From contig NC_043008.1 in the NCBI RefSeq assembly GCF_006345805.1, positions 30,132,001 to 30,196,000 of the forward strand: a stretch of DNA of 64,000 nt, written 5' to 3'. Made by a program: the position numbers and the translations under genes. Shown here one piece after another: positions 39,968 through 53,476 of the stretch. Each line of letters starts with the position of its first letter. Within the stretch, counting starts at the first letter, position 1. The notes beneath the pieces are model-generated. The model had not been told where the DNA came from. It was given only the letters and a program-made list of their open reading frames with translations, and made no database searches. The DNA is from Octopus sinensis (taxonomy: Eukaryota).

Positions 39968-41308
39968 CTGCAATAGTTAATATCAGGCATTGTGAGGAAA
40001 GTATTATGAAAAAATATGTGGGTATGGCCGGAAGAATGCAAAATAGATCCAAAGTAAATTACAACGAAGCAGGCATATGAATTAATGGTAACTTATTCTG
40101 CATTCACTATTTACTCGTATTTATATATATATATATATATATATACGTACATATATATGTGTATGTTTGAGTATGTATATGTGTACATATACATATAAAT
40201 ATGTATGTGTGTATGTGCGTGTATATGTATATACGTATGCGTGTATGTATATATATATATGTGTGTGTGTGTTTAATAAGTACAACAAGGAAAATCAAAT
40301 AAGACGTGGACATACGCTTTTCCCATCAGCTATTGTTCAAAAATCATTAGAGTTTTACGCCTTTAATAATAAGATTGTTCATTGTGATGGTGTCAACAGC
40401 AAAAAGCTGCTGAGAACAAGTGAGCGAACGTAAAAGTCGGAGGCAAAAAAACATTAATATTTGGTGCACATATAAATATAGGCATGCAAATAAAGGCCTT
40501 GCAGCAATGTGAATGCATTAGATAGACTACATAAGCATATGATTTTGCTTAGGCTCGTACAAGTAAAATTATAGACGTCTAAATTTTATTTTTACTTTTT
40601 TCTTCTTTATTTGCTTGCATATTGAGAACTGACGTGTCAATGATTCCATCTAACAATAATTATTGTTAGTGAATGATAAATAACACACTTTCTATTTTAC
40701 TATGTGTTTAGCTATGAAAAACATCATTTCAGCACATCTCCAATTTTATCGTTTTAGTATTAAAAATACACGATAGTTGCCTCTAACGAAACTTCGCTGT
40801 GCATGACTTTTAGTAATATGTTAAAAGCTTATAAAGTTTGGCTGTCATTGTAAAATTTCAAGTGAAATAGGTATTGATATAGATATTCGTTTCTACTCTA
40901 GGATCAAGGCCCGAAATTTTTCGGGAAGGTGCCAGTCGATTAGATCGACCCCAGTACGCAACTGGTACTTAGTTTCTCGACCCCAAAAAGGAGGAGAGGC
41001 AAAGTCGACCTTGGCGGAACTTCAAGAGTTTGGTATATATGTTGACAGAGAAGAATCCTACTCGACAGTACTTATCGAAAGGCTGATCTCATTCACATGA
41101 CCAATGAAAACGAACCTTAATTCTTGGGTTTCCTTTAGAAACCGTGATCATTTCAAAGAGAAAAGGGACAAAATAATTGGATTTGATTTTTATGTGTCTG
41201 CTGAAATTTAGTTATTCAGAAGTTGTTCAAAATATAACTTGAAAACCCTCGATATGGGTTGTATGTACTTTTCCTTTGTTCCACTATACCTTCCATTCTA
41301 TTTTTCTG

Positions 41309-41378
<70 letters not shown>

Positions 41379-42735
41379 CTGCAATAGTTAATATCAGGCA
41401 TTGTGAGGAAAGTATTATGAAAAAATATGTGGGTATGGCCGGAAGAATGCAAAATAGATCCAAAGTAAATTACAACGAAGCAGGCATATGAATTAATGGT
41501 AACTTATTCTGCATTCACTATTTACTCGTATTTATATATATATATATAATATATATATATATACGTACATATATATGTGTATGTTTGAGTATGTATATGT
41601 GTACATATACATATAAATATGTATGTGTGTATGTGCGTGTATATGTATATATATATATGTATATACGTATGCGTGTATGTATATATATGTGTGTGTGTGT
41701 TTAATAAGTACAACAAGGGAAATCAAATAAGACGTGGACATACGCTTTTCCCATCAGCTATTGTTCAAAAATCATTAGAGTTTTACGCCTTTAATAATAA
41801 GATTGTTCATTGTGATGGTGTCAACAGCAAAAAGCTGCTGAGAACAAGTGAGCGAACGTAAAAGTCGGAGGCAAAAAAACATTAATATTTGGTGCACATA
41901 TAAATATAGGCATGCAAATAAAGGCCTTGCAGCAATGTGAATGCATTAGATAGACTACATAAGCATATGATTTTGCTTAGGCTCGTACAAGTAAAATTAT
42001 AGACGTCTAAATTTTATTTTTACTTTTTTCTTCTTTATTGCTTGCATATTGAGAACTGACGTGTCAATGATTCCATCTAACAATAATTATTGTTAGTGAA
42101 TGATAAATAACACACTTTCTATTTTACTATGTGTTTAGCTATGAAAAACATCATTTCAGCACATCTCCAATTTTATCGTTTTAGTATTAAAAATACACGA
42201 TAGTTGCCTCTAACGAAACTTCGCTGTGCATGACTTTTAGTAATATGTTAAAAGCTTATAAAGTTTGGCTGGCATTGTAAAATTTCAAGTGAAATAGGTA
42301 TTGATATAGATATTCGTTTCTACTCTAGGATCAAGGCCCGAAATTTTTCGGGAAGGTGCCAGTCGATTAGATCGACCCCAGTACGCAACTGGTACTTAGT
42401 TTCTCTACCCCAAAAAGGAGGAGAGGCAAAGTCGACCTTGGCGGAACTTCAAGAGTTTGGTATATATGTTGACAGAGAAGAATCCTACTCGACAGTACTT
42501 ATCGAAAGGCTGATCTCATTCACATGACCAATGAAAACGAACCTTAATTCTTGGGTTTCCTTTAGAAACCGTGATCATTTCAAAGAGAAAAGGGACAAAA
42601 TAATTGGATTTGATTTTTATGTGTCTGCTGAAATTTAGTTATTCAGAAGTTGTTCAAAATATAACTTGAAAACCCTCGATATGGGTTGTATGTACTTTTC
42701 CTTTGTTCCACTATACCTTCCATTCTATTTTTCTG
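39968..42735 (+). repeat. Near-identical 1.4-kb tandem duplication bounded by (TA)n
   Basis: 39968-41308 is repeated at 41379-42735 with a few substitutions/indels and microsatellite length differences; each copy includes a SINE A fragment (about 40900-41025 and 42328-42452, minus). Confidence 0.95.
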
Positions 42736-42752
42736 TATATATATATATATAT

Positions 42753-42821
<69 letters not shown>

Positions 42822-43109
42822 CTATAATATGATATTATATACATACACACACATGCATATATGATTGGAAATGAAAAATAGAAATTATTAACAAATGAAA
42901 TACAACAATAAGCAAATTATAATTTAGCTCTCAAAGCTGATAAAACGATCTAATTCGAAGTCGTGATAATTTCATTGATTTTCGATCCGTCTACTTAATC
43001 TGAGGTTTATAACACTAACATTAATTAATTCCCTTTACATATTAATGTTTGTTTGTGTATGTTTTTGTCTAGAATGTGTGCATGTCTTTATATGTTTGAG
43101 TGCCGATAG

Positions 43110-43140
<31 letters not shown>

Positions 43141-44278
43141 GATACATACATACGTACATACATACATACATACATACATACATACATACATACATACATA
43201 CATACATACGCACGCGTATATGCATATATGTGTGTTTGCAAATGTGCGTGTGTGTGTTTTTGTAGGGTGGATTGTATATGTGCATGCGTATGTACATGAG
43301 GAAATTTTCGTTTGAAAAAGTTTTATAGAATACACGCCTATATTTGACTTTAATTGTTATCACTATAGATTTTGCATATTTCTTCATAAGATATATTTCC
43401 TCATTAGCCTTTCTTAATTTGAGACTATAACGTTACTAAGACCATTAAAGTCTCAAGACATTCTCCGCCCATTATCGAAAGGAATGACGATAATGTCACG
43501 CTCTTGCCACGTCTTTTAATAGGCTGCAAGTGATCATAGTAATGATGCAACTGCTGAAGCCGCCTCCGCTGCCTTAATACTTTATTCTTTATTCTTAAAT
43601 ATGCTGCTGGCTTATTTTTATGTCCTAATCATGAGTTACTCATTTAAAATACGATCGATCAATCTTCAATGTATATATATATTCCTTATTTTTGTAATAT
43701 GAGATTATTGTTTACTAATAATTTATTATTCATAAACGCTTCTACATGTATATATTACCGATTCATCTAAATACAAACATATTAACAGTATCATTCCTAA
43801 TAAAAATTATAGAAGGGGCAAATTTTAATATATATCGACAAATATACTCATTTTAGTTTTAAATATATTATTCCGTGTATACAAATCTCTATCTATGTTA
43901 GAATATCATTTTAAATTTCTGTTTAGCATACATTTCCTTTTGTACGATATTAATGTAAAATTCACGCGAAATACTTATTTCAACTATTCATATGAATAAA
44001 TGCGAAAAATAAATAAAATATATAACGCTTCCTATGATTCGTAAAACGTTTTCAATTCACTTCATCTAATAATGCTTTGAATAAACGAATCGTATAAGCA
44101 GTGACGTTTCAGATGTGGAAAAAACATCTTGAATAATTAATGAGAAATATTTGACAACTCAATGCCCATGCATATGAAAACAGTCAAGAAGAAAATCAAG
44201 CCAATACGCAAACATCAATGTAATGTACTCAAACTTACAAACCTACACACATAAATACATTCATAAACGTATATGATA

Positions 44279-44325
<47 letters not shown>

Positions 44326-47280
44326 CATACACACACACACGTAAGTATATTTGTATATGTGTGGCTATATATATATACACACACGTATATTGCTATAAAA
44401 TCGAGTGTATCTTCGCATGTTTTTCTCTTTCTAATCACGTATTTCTCATTTAAAATCTAGTCAGTTATTCTTACATGTATGTACATGCTACGAATTTGTA
44501 TAAGTTGTGTGTTAGGCATAAGTATCTAAATTTAGATTGAACAGCATATATTGAAATTTAGCCCCTTGTGAGCTAATAGTCTACATAAAACATATTGTAT
44601 AGCTTTCAAGCATTAACATTGACACTGTAAATACTAATATATTAAATTATTAAGCTCTGAATATCTCCGTTGCAAATGGAATGTACTGCGAAGTAATATT
44701 ATCATTAACGTTCTGCTGAATCTTTTAACAAAGGCAGCAGACAAAAGAGACATTTATCCGAAGGCAACCAGTATGCAACACAGCCTAAGTAGACGATATG
44801 CGAATTTACAATATACGCACACGGAGCACATCAATCATCTGATACCTTACTACAATTCAAAGAATCCAAGTGACACCACTTAACCATAACCCAAACAACA
44901 CATTAATAATCTCGTATATAATAAAACATGGTAAACTACAATACTTTGCTAAATTACTTAGTCGATGAATGCTCTCATTTCTCCACATAGCACGATAACT
45001 ACTAAGCAATGCAGCTGTACATATGAGATCGGTCAACCGCCTAGAAATAGAAACTAATTCTTTTTCAACTCACATTGTATTGCCTTGAAAAAGAAAAGCA
45101 TATTAAAATTGTATTGCCCTTTGCAGAAGAAAAGGGGAAAGGTGGTTTAGACGTAAACCAGCTGACATAACGTAAAAAGCTAACATCTGCTCCTTCAATC
45201 ACTTTTTATTCTGAAAGTATGGATTTTTTTATCATTTAGAATAGATTGCCACAGGTTTGAAGACGTATAATTATAGTTCAAACATTCAATTTGTTTAACT
45301 TTCAGATTTTTATCTTTACTGCAGAATTTTGCCAACAAAATCATTTATGAAGCTTAAATGTGAGCAATAATCTACATCTACATTGAAATGGAAAAAGTGG
45401 CTTGACAGCAAACTAGAAATATGAGAATTCGATGTATTATGAAATGACAGTATTGCAAGATGAAGGATGATAATGAAATAAGAATTGTTGCCCACCTCCA
45501 CAAGAATATTATCAAAGCTATGTATCAGCTAAAAACGAAGTAAACTCTATAACTGAAATATATTCATGCTTACATCATTTTTATTCACACTAACTGTACA
45601 CTTATATTCACAAAACTCTCTAATACGTCTGCAACATAACATTCTAATAACTCCTCTAGAAATAATGTGTTCCCCCACACACAGAACTTAAACAAACTTA
45701 ACTGAAAACATGGAACGACAAAATGGTAGGAAAGCAATGCATAAGCTACCCCGTTTCCTATATAGTTTTGAAGTAGTCTTTGCATATTAGTTGGCTTAGC
45801 CTCAATTTTGCAGCCTTCTTTCTGTGCTTGTTGCTTTAGATTTCGGTTTCAAAATTTTGACCTGAACCCCTTATTATACGTACGAGATTGTATTGTTCCT
45901 ATTCTGTTGTCCATACTAGAGACATTTCCGTTACTATTCCTCCTTGATGTGATGACATGCTCCCCCTGCATGAATCAGAGTATACGTTCATTGTATGACA
46001 AAGAATTTGAAGCTATGAAGCTTCTGCTATGAACAGTTAACAACGATTATCACCATTATCTCATTGTCCTATCATACAATTAGGTAAAGAAAATTATGAG
46101 CTTTAAACAGGATATTTTTGCAAATGGACTTCGTTCAACAACGTAGTTTTGATTGAATTGGAACAGGTGCATTGGAGCGAGGTAGAAGAATATTTAATGC
46201 TATGGACAACAGAGTCAGAACCGCCTATCTCACGCCGCACTATAAAAATAAAGGGTTATGTTGAAAATTCTGAGGAGGTTATCTGATTTGAGGGGCACCT
46301 GGAGTAATTCGGAAGGCTTAAGACCGAGCGTTTGGGATTATAACGACCAAAATAAGGACACGATTTTGAATATAACAGTGTAAAGCACTTGTTTATATCT
46401 ATTGTTTATACTTATCATGTATGAGAGCTTAAAATTACGACTAGATTTCATATCTAAAGACAGGAAATATACTTACAAGTAAGTGAATATATATTTCGAA
46501 CATGAAAGATCTATAATGCGATATGTGCGTTTATGTATGTGCATGTGTACACATATATCAGTGTGTATGCGTATGTGGTTAGATTTTACAAAAAGACAGA
46601 ACAATGTATGCAATGCATGCAGTAGATTATATACTTTTATCCAAACCAGAGATATTCATCTGTCGATAGACAAACTTCAAAGAACAAAGAAAGTCTCAGC
46701 TTTGAAAAACTAATCATGCTAGTATTTAAAAGAGACTGTCAGTGTTATTTATGACATAGGCCTTGGTATCAATAAATTGCAACTGTCCTGTACATTTAAA
46801 CTGAAGACCTCCTATAGATGATGTGATGATAGTGGCTGTTCATTTTCATGTATGTGCTCTTGCATGCAAATGTAACAACGTGATTTCATCGTCAATACAT
46901 AAACATTCATACATATATATATATATATAAACATATATACGCGCACGCGCGTGTGTGGTTATTGTGTGTGAGAGTGATTTTGTGTACGAAGATCAAAGTT
47001 TGTCGTATAGTAGTTTCAATAATAGTTTCGTGCTTCAATGGCGCATGTTTTAAGATTTTGCACCACTGTGCTGTTTTTACTGATGTAAAAAAGGAAGACA
47101 ACAGACGTGAAAAGAGAGAAAGCGAGAGAGTGAGAGAGAGAGTATGAGAGAGAGAGATGGAAATAATTAGCATATATGAAGTTTGAAGACAGAATACAAG
47201 AGTTAAATACAGGTGGAACTTAGGTGGATGGACAGTTGTGTAGAAGGAAGATAAGAGGCTAGTTTATAGATAATATACAG

Positions 47281-47568
47281 CAGTGTTGGTCAAAGTGGTG
47301 GTCCGCGGACCGGTGCCGGTCTGTGAGCCACAAGCTGCAGCTACACGGTGAGTTTTCAGAAAAGAAACATTATAAAATGCTTATATAATAATGTATTATT
47401 TGTTTACAAAATAAATATAAGATTAAAAAAATGGTCGACTTTTAACATATTCATTATATATATTGATTCCTATATAAATTAATATTACTAAGAAATATTA
47501 CCGGTCCCTGGCGCATTAAGAAAAAAAAAACTGCCGATACGCCACATCAGATTGTTTGAGAAGCACTG
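47281..47568. mobile_element. hAT (Charlie/MER5-like) MITE
   Basis: TIRs CAGTGTTGGTCAAA / TTTGAGAAGCACTG; 8-bp TSD atatacag / atgtacag with central TA; internal ggtccgcggacc. Confidence 0.8.
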
Positions 47569-47669
47569 ATGTACAGGAATATGTCATGCTATACTTACGA
47601 CACCGATGGTCATGAAACCTTCCCTTCATCCTCGCTACTGTTCAAACTTGCACCCTGTGAATCCTCCCA

Positions 47670-47882
47670 AACTGAAGAAGATGAAGGAGGATGTGGCAAG
47701 CGTACTGGATATCTTCACTTAGGAGGATATCCACGAGGCCTTCCATGAGAAGTGACTGGAATGCTACAACAGATTCACTGATGTCACAGAGTCCTACTTT
47801 GAAGGAGATTAGAGCTTGTAGTGTTTTGAATCTAATAAACGTGTTTTCCGAAACGTCTCAAATCTTCTGAAATGCACTTTGA
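47670..47882 (+). pseudogene. Mariner transposase C-terminal remnant plus TIR
   Basis: MKEDVASVLDIFT*EDIHEAFH..LECYNRFTDVTESYFEGD* (mariner ..KCIxxxGxYFE end) followed by TIR-like gtctcaaatcttctgaaatgcac. Confidence 0.7.
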
Positions 47883-48100
47883 GCAGAGGTGTGTGTGTGT
47901 GCGTGTGCTTGTGTGTGTGCCTGTGTGTGTACGTGTGTGTGTATGCGTGTGTGTACGTGTGAGTGATTATGCGTGTGTGTAAATGTATGTAGTTATGTAG
48001 ATACGCCTGAACCCGCTTACTTAGGTTTATAGTTGGCAGCAGAATATCACATATATAGACACATAAAAACGTACAAACATAGATAGCTAGTTATACAGAC

Positions 48101-48285
<185 letters not shown>

Positions 48286-48633
48286 GTAGGCGGGTAAATA
48301 AGTACATCACATATACATCTGCAGGCACAACGAAGCAATCAATGAAACTTAACTTTACTGTTTTCAGTCTTTTACTGTGGAATCCCTTAAATCCGATGTG
48401 AATAATATCTGCCTGTTCTCTTTGCATGCAGTAATATAAAGAAGAATAATCTGATATATTTCCAGTTTATTTGTTCCTGCCATTTTTCTGCCCACGAATA
48501 GAAAGCAGAAACTCAATTTATGCAAAACACAGCGTGCGTTAAAAAGCTTGTAACAACATAACTTAGTTAGCTACACTAGTTGACTTATGAATATATATAT
48601 ATGTATGTGTGTGTGTGCATTTTCATATGTATA

Positions 48634-49040
48634 GGCGATCATTGGCTGTGTGTTAAACAGTTTGTTTCACAACCACTTGGTTCCCGTGCCTGTTCCACTG
48701 CATTTGCTTTAGGCAAATGTGTTCTACTATAGCCTCAAGCAATCCATATACTTGTGAGTGGTTGATGTTAACTGAAAGAATTCCGTCCCTATATAAATAT
48801 ATACGTATATATCTGTGTGTGTGTCTTTGTGTCTGTGTTTGTACCACCACCAGCTCTTGACAACGGGTATTAGTGTGTTTCCGTCTCCATAAACTAGCGT
48901 TCGTCAAAAAGGCGATCGATAGAATAAGTACCAGGCTTAAAAAAGAAAGTAAAGGGGTTCACTTCATTCGGCTAAAATTGTTCAAGGCTCTGCACCAGCA
49001 TTGCCACCGTCTTATAATTGAAACGAGTAAATGATAAAAG
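48634..49040 (+). mobile_element. SINE family B (decayed, full length)
   Basis: ggctgtgtgttaa..aaccacttggttcc..ttctactatagcctc..ttgacaacggg..agaataagtaccaggc..ccagcattgccaccgtc..gaaacgagtaaatgataaaag. Confidence 0.7.
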
Positions 49041-49158
49041 ATATACGGAAGTATACATATTCATGCTGCCCAAACATGCCCTAATATTAGACTATTTTCT
49101 TTAATCAATATACGGTTAAATCTTATAATTATGTATACATTATATATGTACAAATATA

Positions 49159-49680
49159 TAAAATCAAAATAAGCAACAGGGATATCCAGAGTTAAAGCAG
49201 TACGATCGTTTCAAGCAACTCCATTTAATTGAACAATGCAATCTTTACATCAATTTAAATGCAGAGCAATCCTCAGTTGCATAAAGACAGAATTTAATTA
49301 AATTAAAACAGATGGACACATTAGTATAATTTTACATAAAATCTCCAAGAAGGTAAGCTTCTATTCTGAAGTGAAGACAGTATGTTCTTTGTATATCTAC
49401 TTACCTTCTTGGAGATTTTAGGTAATAGTATACCAATGTGTCCATCTATTTTAATTTAATTAAATTCTGTCTTTATGATGCTGAGGATTGCTCTGCATTT
49501 AAATTGATGCAATGATTGCATTGTTCAATTAAATGGAGTTGCTTGAAACGATCGTACTCCATTACCTCTGGATATCCTTGTTGCTTATTTCGATTTTAAT
49601 CACCTTATTTTGAAATTGTAAGGATAATACCGTACTAAATTCTGGTGCCTTAACTGAAGTACCATCTTCATCTGAATCTA
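49159..49680. mobile_element. Foldback PLE-pLTR-like element with two HHRs and right tail
   Basis: Arms 49159-49357 and 49400-49598, tail 49599-49680 to a TA run. Confidence 0.85.
49477..49560 (+). ncRNA. Hammerhead motif with long stem II (mirror copy 49197-49280, minus)
   Basis: CUGAGGA-long hairpin (CAUUUAAAUUGA..UCAAUUAAAUG)-GAAA C-GAUC-G UA; stem I partly decayed. Confidence 0.6.
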
Positions 49681-49966
49681 TATATATATCAACTCATATA
49701 TATATGTGTGTGTAGCTGCATAGTCGTTCGCATGTACGCATATGCTAATGCAGGCATACACACGCTGCGAGCGCGCAGTACATATATGTATATATATTAA
49801 CGCTTCCGTAGTCATAGCTCCCCACTTACCTGGATGAATTCATTTTGCCAGTTACTTCCTGCTCCGATGCAACAATATACACTGAATATTCTCTACATGT
49901 AAAATATCTGAAAATTCACAACTGGAAGCATGTGTCCCCTCTTCTCTCTCTCTCTCTCTAACTCTG

Positions 49967-50019
<53 letters not shown>

Positions 50020-52704
50020 TTTCTGTGTGTACATATATGCAGTTGCATTAATATATGTATGTACGTGTGCATGAATGTATCTCTTCGTTGTACGGCGCAT
50101 GACAGTATTCCGTAAAAGAACACATTTAAAACAAAGGGAAAAATATCCTATGAGATCTACTGCACGAGAAAATACGACTAAATTGATGCCTATATTTCAT
50201 GTATCAAGAGAAGATATGTATATTTAATATAATTTTCTCCTTATTAATGGAAACACTTCAATTATAATGTAGTTCTTGCCTTAAGTTTTACTGTCACAAT
50301 TTCCCTCAACTTTTACATTTATGTAAATTTTCAATTGCAAGGTTTTTTGTTTAAATTTCTGCTGAAATTAGTCGAATTAACATTTCTAATTTCTGTATCG
50401 AATCATCTATTTAGAAAAACTGTTTTGTGTTTATTGTTAATTGTGAAATTATAATTAACAACAATTTTTGCCCCCATACATCACGCATGCTATCAGCAAT
50501 TTACTAATACTTTTCCATGTAGCATACATCCCTAAGTATTTTCTATATCTTTGCTTAAAACCAGCAAACAGTTTTCTAGTGGTGTCTGTGTATATGTGCA
50601 TGGGTTTACACATTTATATTCCGCTCACATATTCTATTCACATATATTTATGTATGTGTGCGTATATGTTTTTCAATGTATGTAAGCTCACACTTTGCAC
50701 AGAATATTTAATGCAGAGAACAGGCGTAACGAATTACTTGCTAAATCTGTCATCATTCGTAATTGGTATGAAATTGTAGAAATTCATCCGGTTTATTTAA
50801 TTTCCGTGATTGTCATTTTTACCTAAAATACTCGTCTAATCAGATAAATGTAAAAATCAGAAAAGCTCAGTGAGCCATAATCATCAACACTGCCATCGTC
50901 ACCAGCAACACCATGTTTATGATCATCAACTTCACCATCGCAATCTACGCCGTCGTCATCGCCGCCGTCATCATCAATAATTTTTTTCTATACTCAATAT
51001 CCATTAAATACTTTCTTGTTGCTTTTTTTATGTATATTTGATTTGTATTCAATATTATGCTAATTATGTAATTTGTTTATTTTTCTTTACTCTCCCCATT
51101 TTTTTTATCTTGTTTCCAAGACTGATATTCAATTTGAGGATGTAACTGCTAGCTATTTTTATTGTTTTTAGAACTGCTAAATAACTAGATTTAATAAACA
51201 GTTACCGATATATTAAGGGAAAAATGAGAAATGAAATAATTCAGTGATTTGGAATAGTCTAATTTTCTTTGAATTAAAAGTGTAGAATTCAATAACCACA
51301 TATATGGATTATAAAATAAATATATTTGCTGAATGTTTCCAAACAAACTATATCATATTTATTGAATCTTTCTGAACGAATCAAGCTTCCTGTTTTAGAA
51401 TATGTAACAGTTTTCATTGTTTATTCTCAATTCATGTGGTATAGTTTAGATATGCTCGTCTGTTCAAAGATGCCCCACTTCTTATCGTCACCAGAACTTC
51501 ATTGTACTGGTAGACAAAAACTTAAATTTAAACTCGTGTAATTCTCCAAGCAGTAGCACTTTCATGTTTAATCCCGCAAGTGCTTTTACTAGCAGCGTAA
51601 TCTTTATCATATCACAAATTCAAAAAGGTCTTACATTGGATATTCTCCTTTGTTATGCGCTGTACTCAAATAAAACATGGTGGTCATGTCTTGGACAACT
51701 GTGGTCATAATTAAACTGATGAGGTCTGATCTGTGACTAAAAATCAATAAATAACAATAACAAAAATTCGGCAATAGCCATATTTGCTGAAGTTATCAGA
51801 AAATGTAATATGTTTATCTCTATAAAGAATAGTTTATTCTTTAGTATTGATGTAAAACACAGTTAAATCTCGAAATAAAGATATCCTCAAAAAACATAAA
51901 TTTGTATTACATAGTAAAATAGACAATATAATTAAAAAGAGAGCAATATCGCATAACGAAACAAAATCATTTGCATTATTCCTTTTCAATTTAACACAGT
52001 GATCATTTGACGTTTAAGAAAAAGGTATTATAATTCGAAGGTTAATAACTACACTTCCAAATACAATTGGGTATTACTCTGATTTATTTCAAATATCCGT
52101 GTTTTATATCCGAATGCTTGAATTTAGTGTTTTGATGTATGGTCTTTTACTGTAAAGATTCAAGTGTCCCACCCTTTTTTGCTCTCTCTCCCCCCCTCTC
52201 TTTCTCTAAACACATTTCCCTTTCTCTTTCTGTTTCTTTCCACACTAAACTTGGAAACCATGAAAGCATTATAGGCACCAATCTAGGAAAATGAGAATAA
52301 TCGCTTAAAGACCGTTTCATTCTAAACGTTTGTAAGCTCATCGAATTAGTAGGCTGGAATTGAAACCTGCTCGGCGATTTCATTTCAGCATGATATATTT
52401 TTAAATTACAAATCTCTCAACCAAAACCGTTTGGTACATAAAAACTTAAATTTATATACCGATATTTTCGAAAATGTAATTGACCATGGAAATGTCAGTG
52501 CTTAATAGAAACGTTAAATAACTTCATTATTCATCCATATCAATATATTTCATATATTTATCCATAATCTAAAATATGAGAAAAAGGGTCCTCATTTTGG
52601 ATTTCCCTTCTATTTTTAAATATGAAACTCATCAATAGAAAAAAAGCTAATATTTTAATGGGCATTTATTAAACTTCTCAATAACCCTTACTGCTGCAGC
52701 AGAG

Positions 52705-52880
52705 GGACTAGTCGATTATATCGACCCCCATTTTCAGCTGGCACTTATTTACGTACCCTCGAAAGAATGAGTGGCAATGTTGACATCGGGGGAATAATAT
52801 CCTTGGAGTTATAAAACGACGAAAGAATGCTAACCATCGTATCCAACACTCTAAATGAGTTGCCAAACCGCTGACTTCAT
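52705..52880 (-). mobile_element. SINE family A (decayed)
   Basis: gactagtcgattatatcgacccc..ctggcacttattt..cgaaagaatga.. Confidence 0.55.
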
Positions 52881-53085
52881 TTTTTTGTTGTAAATAATCA
52901 AATATCTATTTCGATAACTATAATTGAATATTTTCTTTCAAATAACAACTTCCACAATGGAAACAAACTCACATACACACAAACTACGAATAGATATAGT
53001 CATACACACTCGCAACTATAAACATACAAACACACGTATAGAGATAAGTAGGTAGATGGATAGATAGATAGATAGATAAATAGAT

Positions 53086-53476
53086 ACTCTTTTACTTGTT
53101 TCAGTCATTTGACTGCGGCCATGCTGGAGCACCGCCTTTACTCGAGCAACTCGACCCTGGGACTTATTCTTTTGTAAGCCCAGTACTTATTCTATCGGTC
53201 TCTTTTGCCGAACCGCTAAGTAACGGGGACATAAACACACCAGCATCGGTTGTCAAGCAATGCCAGGGGGACAAACACAGACACACAAACACACACACGC
53301 ATATATATACATATACACGACGGTCTTCTTTCATTTTCCGTCTACCAAATCCACTCACAAGGCTTTGATCGGTCCGAGGCTTTAGTAGAAGACACTTGCC
53401 CAAGATGCCACTCAGTGAGACTGAACCCGGAACCATGTGGTTGGTAAACAAGCTACTTACCACACAGCCACTCCTG
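53086..53476 (-). mobile_element. SINE family B, full length, inserted in (GATA)n
   Basis: Reverse complement runs caggagtggctgtgtggtaagtagcttgtttaccaaccacatggttccgggttcagtc..through..gctccagcatggccgcagtcaaatgactgaaacaagtaaaagag. Confidence 0.9.

Noticed and set aside
46296-46362. Decayed homologue of the 5208 HHR family
   Set aside because: Core too degenerate (CUGGAGU, GAGCG) to call; likewise the CCGAAGA motif at about 19885-19920 (minus)
51717-51750. CTGATGA GGTC..GACT AAAA, hammerhead-like
   Set aside because: No GAAA and no stem I pairing; lies in what looks like the tail of a different repeat
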